NCBI RefSeq assembly: GCF_009834535.1
Contig: NC_045697.1
Coordinates: 100,814,001-100,878,000, forward strand
DNA from: Camelus ferus
Taxonomy: Eukaryota
DNA: 64,000 nt
Direction: 5' to 3'
In this document: piece after piece, positions 13,976-25,011 of the stretch
How positions within the stretch are numbered: the stretch's first letter is position 1
Layout: every line of letters begins with the position of its first letter
The notes under the pieces: model-generated
The model's database searches: none
Seen by the model: the letters and a program-made list of their open reading frames with translations, nothing else
What the model was told of the DNA's origin: nothing
Position numbers and translations under genes: made by a program

Positions 13976-14099
13976 TCCAAGTGCTGACTACTATTCTGAG
14001 TGTTTCTATTCATTTACACAGGCTGACAGCTTACACTGCTCTTCTGTTCCCACTTTAGACTTTTCTCTGCACCCCAGATTCATCTCCATGAATTCCAGG

Positions 14100-15006
14100 C
14101 TTGAATTGGATGACTTAATCCACTGAACTTAACCATGTTCAAGGCCAAACAACTGCTTTCCCCTCAAACATATTCTTGCCTCCTTCTTCTGCATCTCAGT
14201 ATGTTGCCATCACTTTTCAGTCGCTCAAGTCAGGAATGAAATTCACCTTAATTACTTGGTCTCCCTCACTCTCCACTGCTACCAACGCATCAGCCAGTCC
14301 TGCCATTCTTACTCCTTACATATCACTTGAATCTCTCTCTGCACTTTTCTTAATTTTCACTGCCTTAACCCCAGTCCAACACCACCTCTCACTATACTGC
14401 AGAACCTTCGAACCACCTCACACTTTGTTTTGATTCCCTATAATTCAGCATCTGTGTAGCACCTGACGTGAACCTTTAAAACTCTAAGCCAGGTCACTTT
14501 AATCCCCTGCTTGGAACCATGTAATTGCTTCTAATTGCACATAAAATAAAATTTGAATCCTTTTTCCTGGTCTAAGAAGCTTTTGCTAACTTTAATCTCG
14601 TCTGTCCCCCAGCCCCAGACTCTGTTGTCCAGGTGCTGGTTCCCCCAACACACTGTCCTTGTTTGTCCCCTACCTTCCTTTGGTTGGATGATTCTCCTCC
14701 TTTACAGCTTAATCTAGATGATATCTCCTCAGAGAGATCGCCCCTGACCATTCTGTCTAAAGCAATGAACCACCCAATCTACACCATGATTCTCTGCAAA
14801 AATTCCCAGATCTCTTACTTCATATCATACATGATAATTAATATTTCTAACTTGTTACTTAGTTGGTTTTATTTTTGTCTGCCTCCCCCCACCAGCCTGG
14901 ACCCTGTGTCTAACAGCATGCCAGCTACACAGACACGCAAACATTATCTTTTAAATGAATGAAAGAGTAAAAAAAAATGAATGTACAAATGAATGAATGA
15001 ATGAAT
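14100..15006 (+). mobile_element. L2 LINE 3' end
   Basis: Pyrimidine-rich L2 body ending in the characteristic (TGAA)n tail at about 14955-15006. Confidence 0.75.
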
Positions 15007-15019
15007 AACACAAAGTACT

Positions 15020-15690
15020 ATGTAAGAACTGGAATAGTGGAGACGAATTTCATTTAGAGTTAGATGAGAAGATTGCTTCGGAATAAGAAGCATTTGAGTT
15101 CAACTTTGAGCAATAGCTTTGGGAATGGTGGGAAAAAGGAGATAGCCTGAGAGAATATCCGTGAGAAAATCTGGGTGTCTGAGTGTGTTTGTGTATGTGT
15201 GTGTTCGTGTGTGTTTAAGGGACATACACTGTATATGCAAACTCCTAGTGTGGATATGCATGGGGATAGAAAATAAGCCTTGATAGAGAAGATAAGGCCA
15301 CACTGTGGGTGTCATTGAATACCAAGCCTCACTTAGTTTGGATGGAGCAATAGTTATGAGGGTAATAGAGGATGCATGTGAAGAAAATCGCTGTGGCAAT
15401 GAAAGGGGGAAGTGACAGATTTGAGGGATATGGTGGTAACACAGACGGACCTTTGGGACAAATGGAATATTATGTGTCAAAAGCTGATCCAAGCTCGTGA
15501 ACCCAAGTGACTAGGATATGGATTCTGTTAACAGAGATGGAATCCTTAGGACGGCGATGTGCAAACTGGGAGGAGGGCAATGAAATTAGAGTTTCTTAAA
15601 ACATATACACACACAAAGAGCCAGCAGATACTTGGAGAGGCGGTGCTGGATGCTAGCTGGAAAAATCAAAGATAAATAAGTTAATCAGCA
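15020..15690 (-). mobile_element. L2 LINE fragment
   Basis: Purine-rich antisense L2-like segments ('agcatttgagttcaactttgag', 'gtcattgaataccaagc'). Confidence 0.45.
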
Positions 15691-15744
15691 ACAACTATCA
15701 AAAAGACATTTATGGAATGCGTCCTATAGGCTGAGAGCATCAGC

Positions 15745-16290
15745 CAGAGCTCAGTGCAGGACAGAGAATCCAGTCTAGCTCTTCCTAGCAGAAAATAAGT
15801 TAGTATATGTAATATGGGGGATTTGATGTTGATACAACCATTGGAAAGGAAAGAGGAACTTCCTGCCAGAAGTGAACTCTTACCAGGCTTCTGACTTCAA
15901 GCTCCTCTGATTCAGTGTTCAGGAACAACTACAGATGCCTACAGGTTAGGAAAACACTGCTGCTATGGCATTCTCCAGGCTGAAGTTATAGCCACCACCA
16001 CCAGCACGCTGTGGAATCAACAATAAATGTGGGAGTTCAGCTGCTGCGGACCGATGCACTCTGATCCGCCCGCTCTGATGCATGAGGGGTCAGTGCCTCC
16101 CCCGCCTTGCTGTCTTCCTTCTGCCTTCCAAATATGGTGTAGGTGGGGCTCCTTGGCAGAAGCTATGTGATATCCTGCACTCTCTCGGTAAGTGTGCTAA
16201 GGAAATACAGTTCTTAGTCTTCCAGCCCTTAAGTTCCCGGTAAGTGGGACTTCAGGAGGCTAACCCATGGTGGGAACAGAGGCTGAATGC
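15745..16290 (-). mobile_element. Ancient ERVL-type LTR (LTR33/LTR41-like)
   Basis: 'tcagtgcaggacagagaatccagtctag' and 'aaggaaatacagttcttagtcttccagccc' resemble this LTR group. Confidence 0.4.
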
Positions 16291-16344
16291 CAGCAGAGAA
16301 GATCCAGCAGAGTGGACCTGGGGCAAAGGGCTATACATACATTT

Positions 16345-16520
16345 TCTCACTCCCTCTTCATCAAGAAATACTAAGTCATACTATTACCCTCATTTTACGG
16401 ATAAGAATGTGAAGACATGGACACGTTAAGTACCTTGACATATTTCCATATCTAATAAAGTGGGGGAATTGGATTTGCATCCAGAAAGTCTGACTCAAAA
16501 GTCCACGTTCCTTAGTCCTG
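16345..16520 (-). mobile_element. MIR SINE
   Basis: 'tattaccctcattttacggataagaatgtgaag...ggatttgcatccagaaagtctgactcaaaagtcc'. Confidence 0.7.
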
Positions 16521-17919
16521 TGCTGGAGTTTTCTCCTTAGAAATAAACAGTTGAAGAACTCAAAGGAGAGCATGTCAAATGAGAAAATAACACTGAGTCT
16601 AGACTTCTGGGTAATTCTTAAATGCAAGAAGCAAGCAGAGGAAGCAGAAATAGTAGTTAAGTGCAGCACATTCACATTCACATTCCAAGGAGGTGAATAA
16701 ACACCAAGGAGGAATGGTTTATGGTCAGCTGGTTTGAAAACTGAGAAGTCGTCACTCTAGGCAAAAAGCAGACCATTATCATCATTGCTATTATTTAATT
16801 CTGAAATGAAGGGCTATAGTAACAAATTCATATGGCGTAGGATAGAAGGGAGCTTTTAATGGTTGAGTATCACATTCCTGGAATCCTACCCCAATGTGCT
16901 TTCCCCTTTCTCTTCCCCTTTTTACTTAAAAATCTGTTCTTGGGTCACTCTTACTCATCAAGATCATTAAGAAAACAGAGAACTCAGCTTTTGCTGTTCT
17001 AGGGAGCCACAGAATCATGCCCATGTGGCTACTCCGGTTTAGAATGGGTGTTGGCTTTACATGTTCTGATTATATCTATCCATCCTTTCCAACTGCCCTC
17101 TCTGGAGATACCAAACTGTAGCTGTTATGAGTTCCTTGTTTTACTTTGACTTTGAGTGGGACTGTCACCTACAAAACTCAAGGAACCTTTGCATAAAGAC
17201 AGAAGAGTACTCCTACTCCTCTCAGGCTACTCTTCTGGTTCTATAGTAGGCAGCGTTTTGCTACCGTTCACTATGCATTGTTACCATGGGGTTACCTCCA
17301 GCATTGTTCCTGCTCAGACGTAGAGACATGTTAGTATGAATATATATTGATGACGATGACATTACAGAACTTTTTTGCTGCAGGATCAGATACGTTCTTG
17401 AAATTCTCCAATAGCAAAACTTCATTTTCTTTACATGCAATCAAGGGCCTCAGTTGGTTAATTTTTTTTGGAACAAGATCTAATTAAAACCTTTTGGGAT
17501 TTGTCTTCTACTATCTACTGCTATAATGAATTGCAATTTATCATATCTGAAGCCTATAAGGAAAAGTTATCTCATGTGCTCAAATGACTAATATAATCTA
17601 GAGGACAAAGATCGATGATTTGCTCAGAGTTGAAGCATTGACATCTGGTTCTTGAATCCTTTTTAAATTATGGTCGATTTTATTCCCATAGAACAGCAAC
17701 CCTAAAAGATGCATTCTGCTAGTAAATTTGACACTAAACTACCATCAACTTAAAATCTCTATTGTAATTGTAGTTCATCAGAAAATTAGTCTTTTCTTTT
17801 TGAAATATTGTTTAGGCTACCTGCTGCTGTTTAATTTTTAGACATTGCTACATTGATAAAAATGAAAAAAAATGTGTATTAGGGAGAAAAAGACAGAAAC
17901 ATAAAAAATAAAAATCACA

Positions 17920-17925
17920 TTTATT
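17920..17925 (-). promoter_or_regulatory. Candidate distal polyadenylation signal AATAAA
   Basis: Minus strand: ...tgtatattttgtttaAATAAAtgtgatttttattttttatgtttctgtcttttt, with TGTA elements upstream and a U/GU-rich tract downstream. Confidence 0.6.
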
Positions 17926-19917
17926 TAAACAAAATATACACACAGTGTACAATGAATATGGTTTACACAGAACAATAAAACAAAATGACATTTCTTCAAA
18001 TGTCAATATAAAATGATCTAACCTATTTGTGCCTCATTTCCTAGGACTACATTATTGGTTCATCGAGATTATGTAACTAACATTAAAAGAAAACAAATGC
18101 CAATGTTTCAGATAAGTACCACATGAATCTGAAAATTAGATGTTAGGTTAAATAAAGGACAAAATATTCATATGAGAAGTATATGTGTACCAAGCATTGC
18201 ACGTGTGCAGTGAAAGAGGGGTGTCTATACTGTTACAGACACATGGAGTCTGCCTTTTAGAAGTTTGAAAACTCTTAGACATGAAGTGTTTTTTTAATAT
18301 TGATACTGATATAAAAGCATCATGAGAACAATACAAATAATATAGCAATCTTGCCAATATTTGAGTCAATATTTCCTGCTGTTTAATAAAAACACAATAA
18401 GTCATCATTAAAGATGTACTGTTTGGTTGTGCCCTGTTATGACCTTGGAGTAATTCTGGTGATTTTCGGAAGATTGTGAAATGTAATCATACCATGAGTG
18501 CGAAAGTGAATCATTTTAAAGACCTACTAGAAGATAAGCAGGATACGGCTGACCAGGTAACATCACTCCTACTAGGTCTTCTCTCCTTTAATGCTCAGTC
18601 TCTCTGAGCACCATACTTAACTGTGAGTCTTGTTTTCCCTTGCAAATTTAAAACTCTAAATATTCATGTAATCTATGAAAATTCAAGCTCAGGAGAGCTG
18701 ATTACATGCACCTTTTTTTAGGTTAATATTGCATCTTATAATTTTTCCTACCGCCTTGTTACTAAGAGCCAAATAGGATTTGTTTCTTTGATATCAGAAA
18801 TGCTTTAGACTTCCTCTTACTTGCTTAGAAATAAAATTAGAATGATAAAGGTGCACTACGACTTAGAAGGTGAAAATCCAAATTTCCACACCTTAACTCT
18901 ACACCTAATTGGCCTGCAATATTTCATCTAAAATAGTATATTTTTTTCTGTTTCTTAAAGGCAGTTTTTGCTGTAGGTAGCATTTGTTTGGACAGAAAGT
19001 TCTGAGTTAAATCGTCCAAAGAAACAAAAGCTATAATCGATCGGTACTTCCTTTATAAAGTAATGAAACATAAATATAGGAGGGGAAAAAAGCGTAGCTC
19101 TTGCAGACTGCAGCTAGGTTCAATGAATGTGAATTCTGTGAATTCACCTAAAAGTATCAATCAACGACAGGACTCTCAGCATATTATCCTCTTCAGTAGC
19201 TCTTAAAGTGTGAAGCCTCCAGCTATTAGGGACGCCTTGTGTTCAATGTATTTGCTTCCCTCTGCAACAACTGCTGACCACAGTTTTTCTCAGACCAGTT
19301 TCTTAAATCCGTGATAAAAGTTAATTTATTTCCCAAAAGATTACAAAAGGTGCCTTGTATATTGAACTAAACAATTGATATATCATTTTGTTTGGAAAAC
19401 AAACACCTAAAACATCTATGTGATTTAGCATACTGCCAGAGTTTAATCTGTTTAATCTAACAGTTTGGTTTTCAACTGAGCTATATTTATTAGAATCTGG
19501 GCACAGTAATACGTTACTGTTTTTCCTGCTTTTAGCAAATGCGAAAATCATAAACTTCAAAATTGATACTGAAGTACAAACGCATTTTTAGTGATGCTCT
19601 AATGAGGCTAACATCTCCCTGAATTTAGCCTAAAGTTTTTGTGGTTTACACTAAAGCTGCATGGCTGAGATTCCCCTTGCAGAACATTACAGAGAGAGTC
19701 TTTTTTTAACGCATCATTACGATAAAATGATTTAATGATGACTAAAATATAAACACCAAATTTTGCTTATAGCCTAATAAGAGTCTTTAAAGAAGGTAAA
19801 AACCAAAACAAAACGGTAGCCATCAGAAGATGAGTGATTGCATGTCATGCCATTTTAATAATTTAATACTGCTTCCAATTATTGGTTATCTTCTGGAGAA
19901 AAAGTGATGGTGGCATT

Positions 19918-20299
19918 CAGCTGTGTTCTGGTAAGTGTTTAACAACTGTTTCTCCAGGAGTTACAAGGATGGGTTGGTAGCACTTGGCAGCCTCTGTGGT
20001 GTAACGCCCACTGTGGTGAATTTCAAGCTACCAGTGGGATGTGGAGTCAGGCACCGTTAGCACACGCTGATTTGTGCAAATGCAGCTGACATACATAACC
20101 TCAAGAGCACAGATGAATAGTAAAAGGCAGTAAAATAATTAGGAACTGGTAAGTTTTAAGTATTACCTTTGTTTTTAATAAAATTTATTCAGTTGGGTTT
20201 TATAATTTAATATTTAGTAATTGTGCTTAACAACTGGCTTACAGAATTTAATGATCAACTATCATGAGTCAGCCATAAGCCAGTTCCAGCACACCACTG
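19918..20299. mobile_element. MER63-like hAT DNA transposon inside the 3'UTR
   Basis: Imperfect terminal inverted repeats 'cagctgtgttctgg' and 'ccagcacaccactg'; 'gtaagtgtttaacaac' follows the left end as in MER63. Confidence 0.75.
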
Positions 20300-22810
20300 T
20301 TAGCCTCTTTTCTCAGCATTTATCGAACTTTATATAGGGAGGGACTTGGTTCTCTAGGGAAGAAAAGTATTACTCTATACAAATCTTTTCTTTTCCACTG
20401 TCTTATTCTGTGCAAAACACCATACTTAGCTGAGGGGAAAAAGAGAAGTTCCCTCCATCCAGACATTAGATTTAAGACTTCACACTTCTCCAGAAGAGGA
20501 GGTGTTAGTCTTATAAAGTAAGGACTGGAGGTTAGTTACAGGGATCCTGCTCAATCCAGGCAGTTGGTCACTTTAGTACAACTTGTTAGCATGATCAGAT
20601 GGTTACTCTGCCTCACTGGATTATTGGATTGACCAAACTATTGACATCAGAGAATTGTTTTGGCAGAGTACAGACAAAACTGAAGGTGATATTTCTAAGA
20701 AAGAAACAGCTGCATAAGAAATAAATGAATGGGTGCATCTAAGCGTAGGTCTGCTTCAATAAAATACTTCAAATTTTTATTTTTAACTGTTTTGCAGAAT
20801 ATTTTCAGGCTCTGGGTCTTTTGTCGCTGGGTCAAACATAATCAGCATACCACCTTATCTTGTTTTTAAATGTTTTCTGTAGGACTCTAAATAACTAATA
20901 CAGAATTGCTATCTATATTTGATGATATCAGAGGGTAAACATGTTTTTGAGTAGGAAAAAATTCTCTTGTTTGGAAATATTATTTTCTTAGTTCAGTTTC
21001 TGGCTCAACATGATCTTTTAAAATTGAATGACTGGTGCATCTTTCAAATGAAAATGGAAATAGAAAAGCATGACTGAGGCTGTGTTTGTACAAAAGAGAT
21101 TGAAAACTTTTTGTGTAACTTTTTCTCTTCAACTTAGAAAGAAACTTAAGTTTTCCAAGGATACTTGGAGAATCTCTCAGGAAAGGAGTATTACTGTTGT
21201 CAATATGAAATAACAAAGTTCTTAATGAAATCCACTTTTAGAAGTAGCACAAATACAGGCTTCCTATAGGGAAATGCAGATGACTACGCTAATAATAAAT
21301 AAGAACTGATATGCATTTGGCTTACAGTAAGCTCAACTCTTTGAGAACTTCTATGTTAGCATTTAATGAAAAAGAAAAAAATTTTTTGAAATGTCTTCCC
21401 CAAACAGAAAACCCTACTGTTGGCTTTCTAGTTAATAAATATTTTTCCCATATTTGAATCGAGGTTTCATTTTTAGAAATACAAACAAAAGCTATTGTTT
21501 ATAAGAATATTTACAGGATGATAATCACCTAAGGTAGCTTGGAGCTCAGAGTACCATTTCATATACCGAATAGGGTTTCACAGTTGTTCAAGGAAACCTC
21601 TGTCACCCTAACCTCTTTACCTTAAATCCAGAGGGATAATGAAAATAACCACAAATCCTACCATTTCCAAATGAAACTGAACAATTCAAAGGTTATGTTT
21701 AATCAGTAAAATGGAGAATGAGGTACAAAGGAGAATACCAAGATAATTTGTCTATGAATAAATCCACAGCACACAGCATCTTTTTGTTAAAAAGGCTGTA
21801 ATTAGTCGTTAACTACCTCATGTACAATCCCCAGAAGTCCTTAACTAAAATAATAGATTGACAATTCTGGTATTAAAAGCCCCAAAGGGTTAGCTAAAAT
21901 TACAGTAATTTGAAAAACCCAGTGTGAGCCTAGAGATCTGTTTGGAATCCTAATTTCAACAGGCGTCTTGTCCAAAGAGCTATCACATCAGTGACGGAAA
22001 GCCCCTAAGGTCACCCATTGAATGTGGTCATAATTAAAAGATGTCTGTGTAACAGGTTTTTGGCATTTCCATGGAGGATTTATGCTCTGGATGGCATGCT
22101 CCTCAGATGAGGAAGGAAAAAGAATATATTCTTAAAATTTGGAGAAAATAAATTTCATTTGTTCAGACCGTGGTACTCTAAGCTTCAATTCCAGCAATAA
22201 ACACCAGTTTCTATTTAACTAGCATTCTCCCCCAATTTCTGTGTATATTTAGTGTGGCAACTTAGAGAAGACAGAAGCCACAGGCTAAGAAGGTAAGAAG
22301 AGATTGCGTTTATAGTTCTAAAACCATCTAGCTGGGTGATCGGGGGTAGATCTTCTTTATGCTTTAATTTAGGCATTTATAATGGTGTTATACTTGATCT
22401 CTAAAAGTAACTTCTAATTTGGATTTTTGGAAAACTTCTGGCGTTATTTTACAGAGGAAGGACAAATTTGAAATTCAGGTTAAGAGAAATAATTGTTTTG
22501 GTTTTTCACTAGTTATGGTTGCATATGTTTTAAAAGGCTTATTCACATATGCTAATCTATGCATATTTAGAGCATCTGTATTTCTATACCAAGATGACTG
22601 CTAGAAAATACCTCAAAGATACCTTATGGTCTTTCTTGAACTTGACCACGTAAAGTTCAGGCTTATGGATCCATCCAACCCAAGTCAGAGTTTTGAAAAG
22701 ACACCATGTTTCCAGAAAGTATTTTTACAGCTTTACTAATAACACTGTCCATCTGCCTGGTAAGGAGGACTAGTCACACCGTGACTGGATAACAGAAGTC
22801 TTTACAAGCA

Positions 22811-22897
22811 GGGGGAGGGTACAGCTCAGTGGTAGAGCACATGCTTAGCATGCACGAGGTCCTGGGTTCAATCCCCAGTACCTCCATTTAAAAAAAA
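22811..22897 (+). mobile_element. tRNA-Ala-derived SINE (camelid Vic-1-like), short form, antisense in the INPP4B 3'UTR
   Basis: tRNA-Ala(AGC)-like body with A box (AGCTCAGTGG) and B box (GGTTCAATCC), poly(A) tail, and perfect 15-bp TSD AAGTCTTTACAAGCA at 22796-22810 and 22898-22912. Confidence 0.9.
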
Positions 22898-23446
22898 AAG
22901 TCTTTACAAGCACACACAAATTGCTTCTGTAGTCAAGATAATGAGTTAACTCTCCCTAATTTCAAGTCACTAGAAAAATATTTTTTAAAGTCCACCCAAG
23001 GGCTCTCAGGTTTTGTGTGAGAAAGGCCATGAAGTTATATTTCAAAGCCTTCCCCCTCTTGACACACACGTATCGTCACTTTGGAGTCGAGAGGGCCATT
23101 CTCTGAAGCACCTCCAGTTGCTTGGTAGCAACCTAGGTCTTCTCTGAACACCTTTCATTAAAATACTCCATGAAACAACATGCTCCCTTTCTGAGCTGAT
23201 CTCAACCAGCGAGAATCAATCCGAGGAAGCTTAGAACTAGAATACACAGTAGTATTTCAGATTTGTTTAATGGATTTCTTTCCGAGTAATATGCTGATAG
23301 ATGACTAATTCAGGCAATTCCTAGATTTGGGCATACATCTTTGATCACCTCCCTCCACAAATGCATGACAATGAAAACATAAGGAAAGGTGGCGATTATC
23401 CAACGGGAACGTATTTGTGTTCCTGTTAGTTTACGTGTTGGTAAAC

Positions 23447-23579
23447 TTAGGTGTCGGCTTTTCCATAAGTCCCCTCTGGAGGTCTGTAGTACTTGGGGAA
23501 AGCCATCAGCTGGAGCATGTTGAAAGCATACTTCCTGCATTTGATATTCTTCATGACATTTTCTATGCGGCATCCTTCT
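23447..23579 (-). CDS. INPP4B: INPP4B alpha terminal coding exon: (R)[43 protein letters not shown]
   Basis: Acceptor 'cctttttcccctttcaccAG'; 133 nt = 1 nt + 43 codons + TAA; phase matches the donor at 59597; peptide is the recognisable INPP4B C-terminus. Confidence 0.97.
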
Positions 23580-23633
23580 CTGGTGAAAGGGGAAAAAGGA
23601 CAACTTCATGAAACACAGAATAAATAAATATGC

Positions 23634-23639
23634 TTTATT
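23634..23639 (-). promoter_or_regulatory. Candidate polyadenylation signal for the beta isoform
   Basis: AATAAA about 55 nt upstream of the alpha acceptor, followed by U/GU-rich 'tttatttattctgtgtttc'; a second AATAAA lies at 23999-23994. Confidence 0.45.
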
Positions 23640-24715
23640 TGTTCAATGCAGAGTTGCAGCAACAGTCCGAGTAAAAATAACAAAGATTCAACTCTACATT
23701 TTTTTTTTTCACAAATGATGATACATCTTACAAAATTAAATCCTAGGCCAGGCCCAACACCATTATTGCCCTCGGAAAAAACGATGATTCGAGTCCCTTG
23801 GCTCTTAACATATATTTAAGGTTTCATAAACTCTTTAAATATAATTTGCTCCACAATACAGCTTCATTTTTAGTTTCATAAATATATCCACCTTTTTATA
23901 ACTTTTCCATAAATTAATTTCTCCATCTCTTTAAAACACATTAAAATCTACATGTAGCCCTAAGGATGTAGGTTCTAGGAATAAGGCATTTAATTTATTA
24001 AGTCTGGCCCTATAGATTTTTTTAAAGAAAAGTTTCATCTCTATTTGACTTCATCATATTTTAGCTGTGCAACAAAGAGGAAAATGGCTTTCGGGACAGC
24101 CTGGTCCAAGTCTCAGCTTTAAAGAAGCGAGCTTGTGCACAGACAGTACACGAGTCACAGGGGTTGAAAACGGGGCATCAAGACACAAACGAGACTTTGT
24201 CAGAAAGAATAGAAAAGGACTCTGAAAGTCAAATCAACCCAAACAATAGTTACAAACAGGTTAATTTAATTACAAAACAGAAATAGCCATTCTCTCCAGA
24301 AAGTTACTTGACAGAAAAGGGTTAATCGCAGCAAAGAAATCACAGACCAGGTTAACAACTCAAACAGAAGGTTCCATCAGCTGACGGCAACAATGAGACC
24401 GGCACAGCGGAAATCAAGTCTGGAACCTCTCACATCTCTAGGACTTGTCTCAGGGTTTCCATGTGTTGTGCAAATTCAGTCAATTTCTTTGATAAATTTA
24501 ATGGGAAGAGGAACTGGAGGTGCAGAACTTCAAGCTTTCAGGATTCTGCTCTTTGTCTTATTCCAAAGACAGGAATTTAAAAATTCTTCTTGAGTTAAAC
24601 AGTGGGAAACACTTTTCCATGAACAAAAGAGCAAAGTAATTTCACTGAATGCATAGTACTTCTATTTTTTTTAGATTTTAGGAAAAACAAACAAAACACT
24701 TACAAGTCAAACATT

Positions 24716-24737
24716 TGTGTGTGTGGGTGTGTGTGTT
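24716..24737. repeat. Imperfect (TG)n microsatellite in the beta 3'UTR
   Basis: 'tgtgtgtgtgggtgtgtgtgt'. Confidence 0.8.
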
Positions 24738-24836
24738 TTAAATTCTGTGAATCTGAAAATGTAGAAATTACAGCAGTGTCCTCATGATTTTAGGTCCATT
24801 GTCATTTGTAGAAAAGAAAGGAATACAACATAGAAC

Positions 24837-25011
24837 TTATTGGTATTTGGCTAAAAGTAATGCCAGACTTAAAATAAGCCACACGACTAGCAGGTGTGAG
24901 CTGACAAGCAGCAAGGCGACGGGATAGAAGTGTCGAGAAGTTGGCTTGTTATCACTTAGACAGCCTGTTTCAGGATCATCAGATTCATTCAGTGCTCCCT
25001 GGGTTTGTCTG
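24837..25011 (-). CDS. INPP4B: INPP4B beta alternative terminal coding exon: (S)[57 protein letters not shown]
   Basis: Branch point CCTAAC (25047-25042), pyrimidine tract and 'ttaacAG'; 175 nt = 1 nt + 57 codons + TAA; same phase as the alpha exon; matches the recalled hydrophobic rodent type II beta tail. Confidence 0.92.

Larger units (their letters stand above)
17900..23446 (-). other. INPP4B: Probable long 3'UTR of INPP4B alpha isoform (~5.5 kb)
   Basis: Follows the alpha stop codon; relatively repeat-poor and AT-rich; ends at an AATAAA with a U/GU-rich downstream element. The 3' end is inferred without transcript data. Confidence 0.6.

Noticed and set aside
18519..18580. SECIS element interpretation of the UTR hairpin
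   Set aside because: No properly placed UGA/GA quartet with an apical AA motif, and both stop codons are TAA
22811..22886. Functional tRNA-Ala(AGC) gene
   Set aside because: It has a poly(A) tail, a perfect 15-bp TSD, an altered 5' end (GGGGGAGGGTAC) and a second family member at 61471, so it is a retroposed SINE
23310..23609. ORF-track 99-aa protein [12 protein letters not shown]...
   Set aside because: Wrong-frame reading across the INPP4B alpha acceptor and exon; the true frame is EGCRIENV...; the + strand ORF 23417-23611 is its antisense shadow
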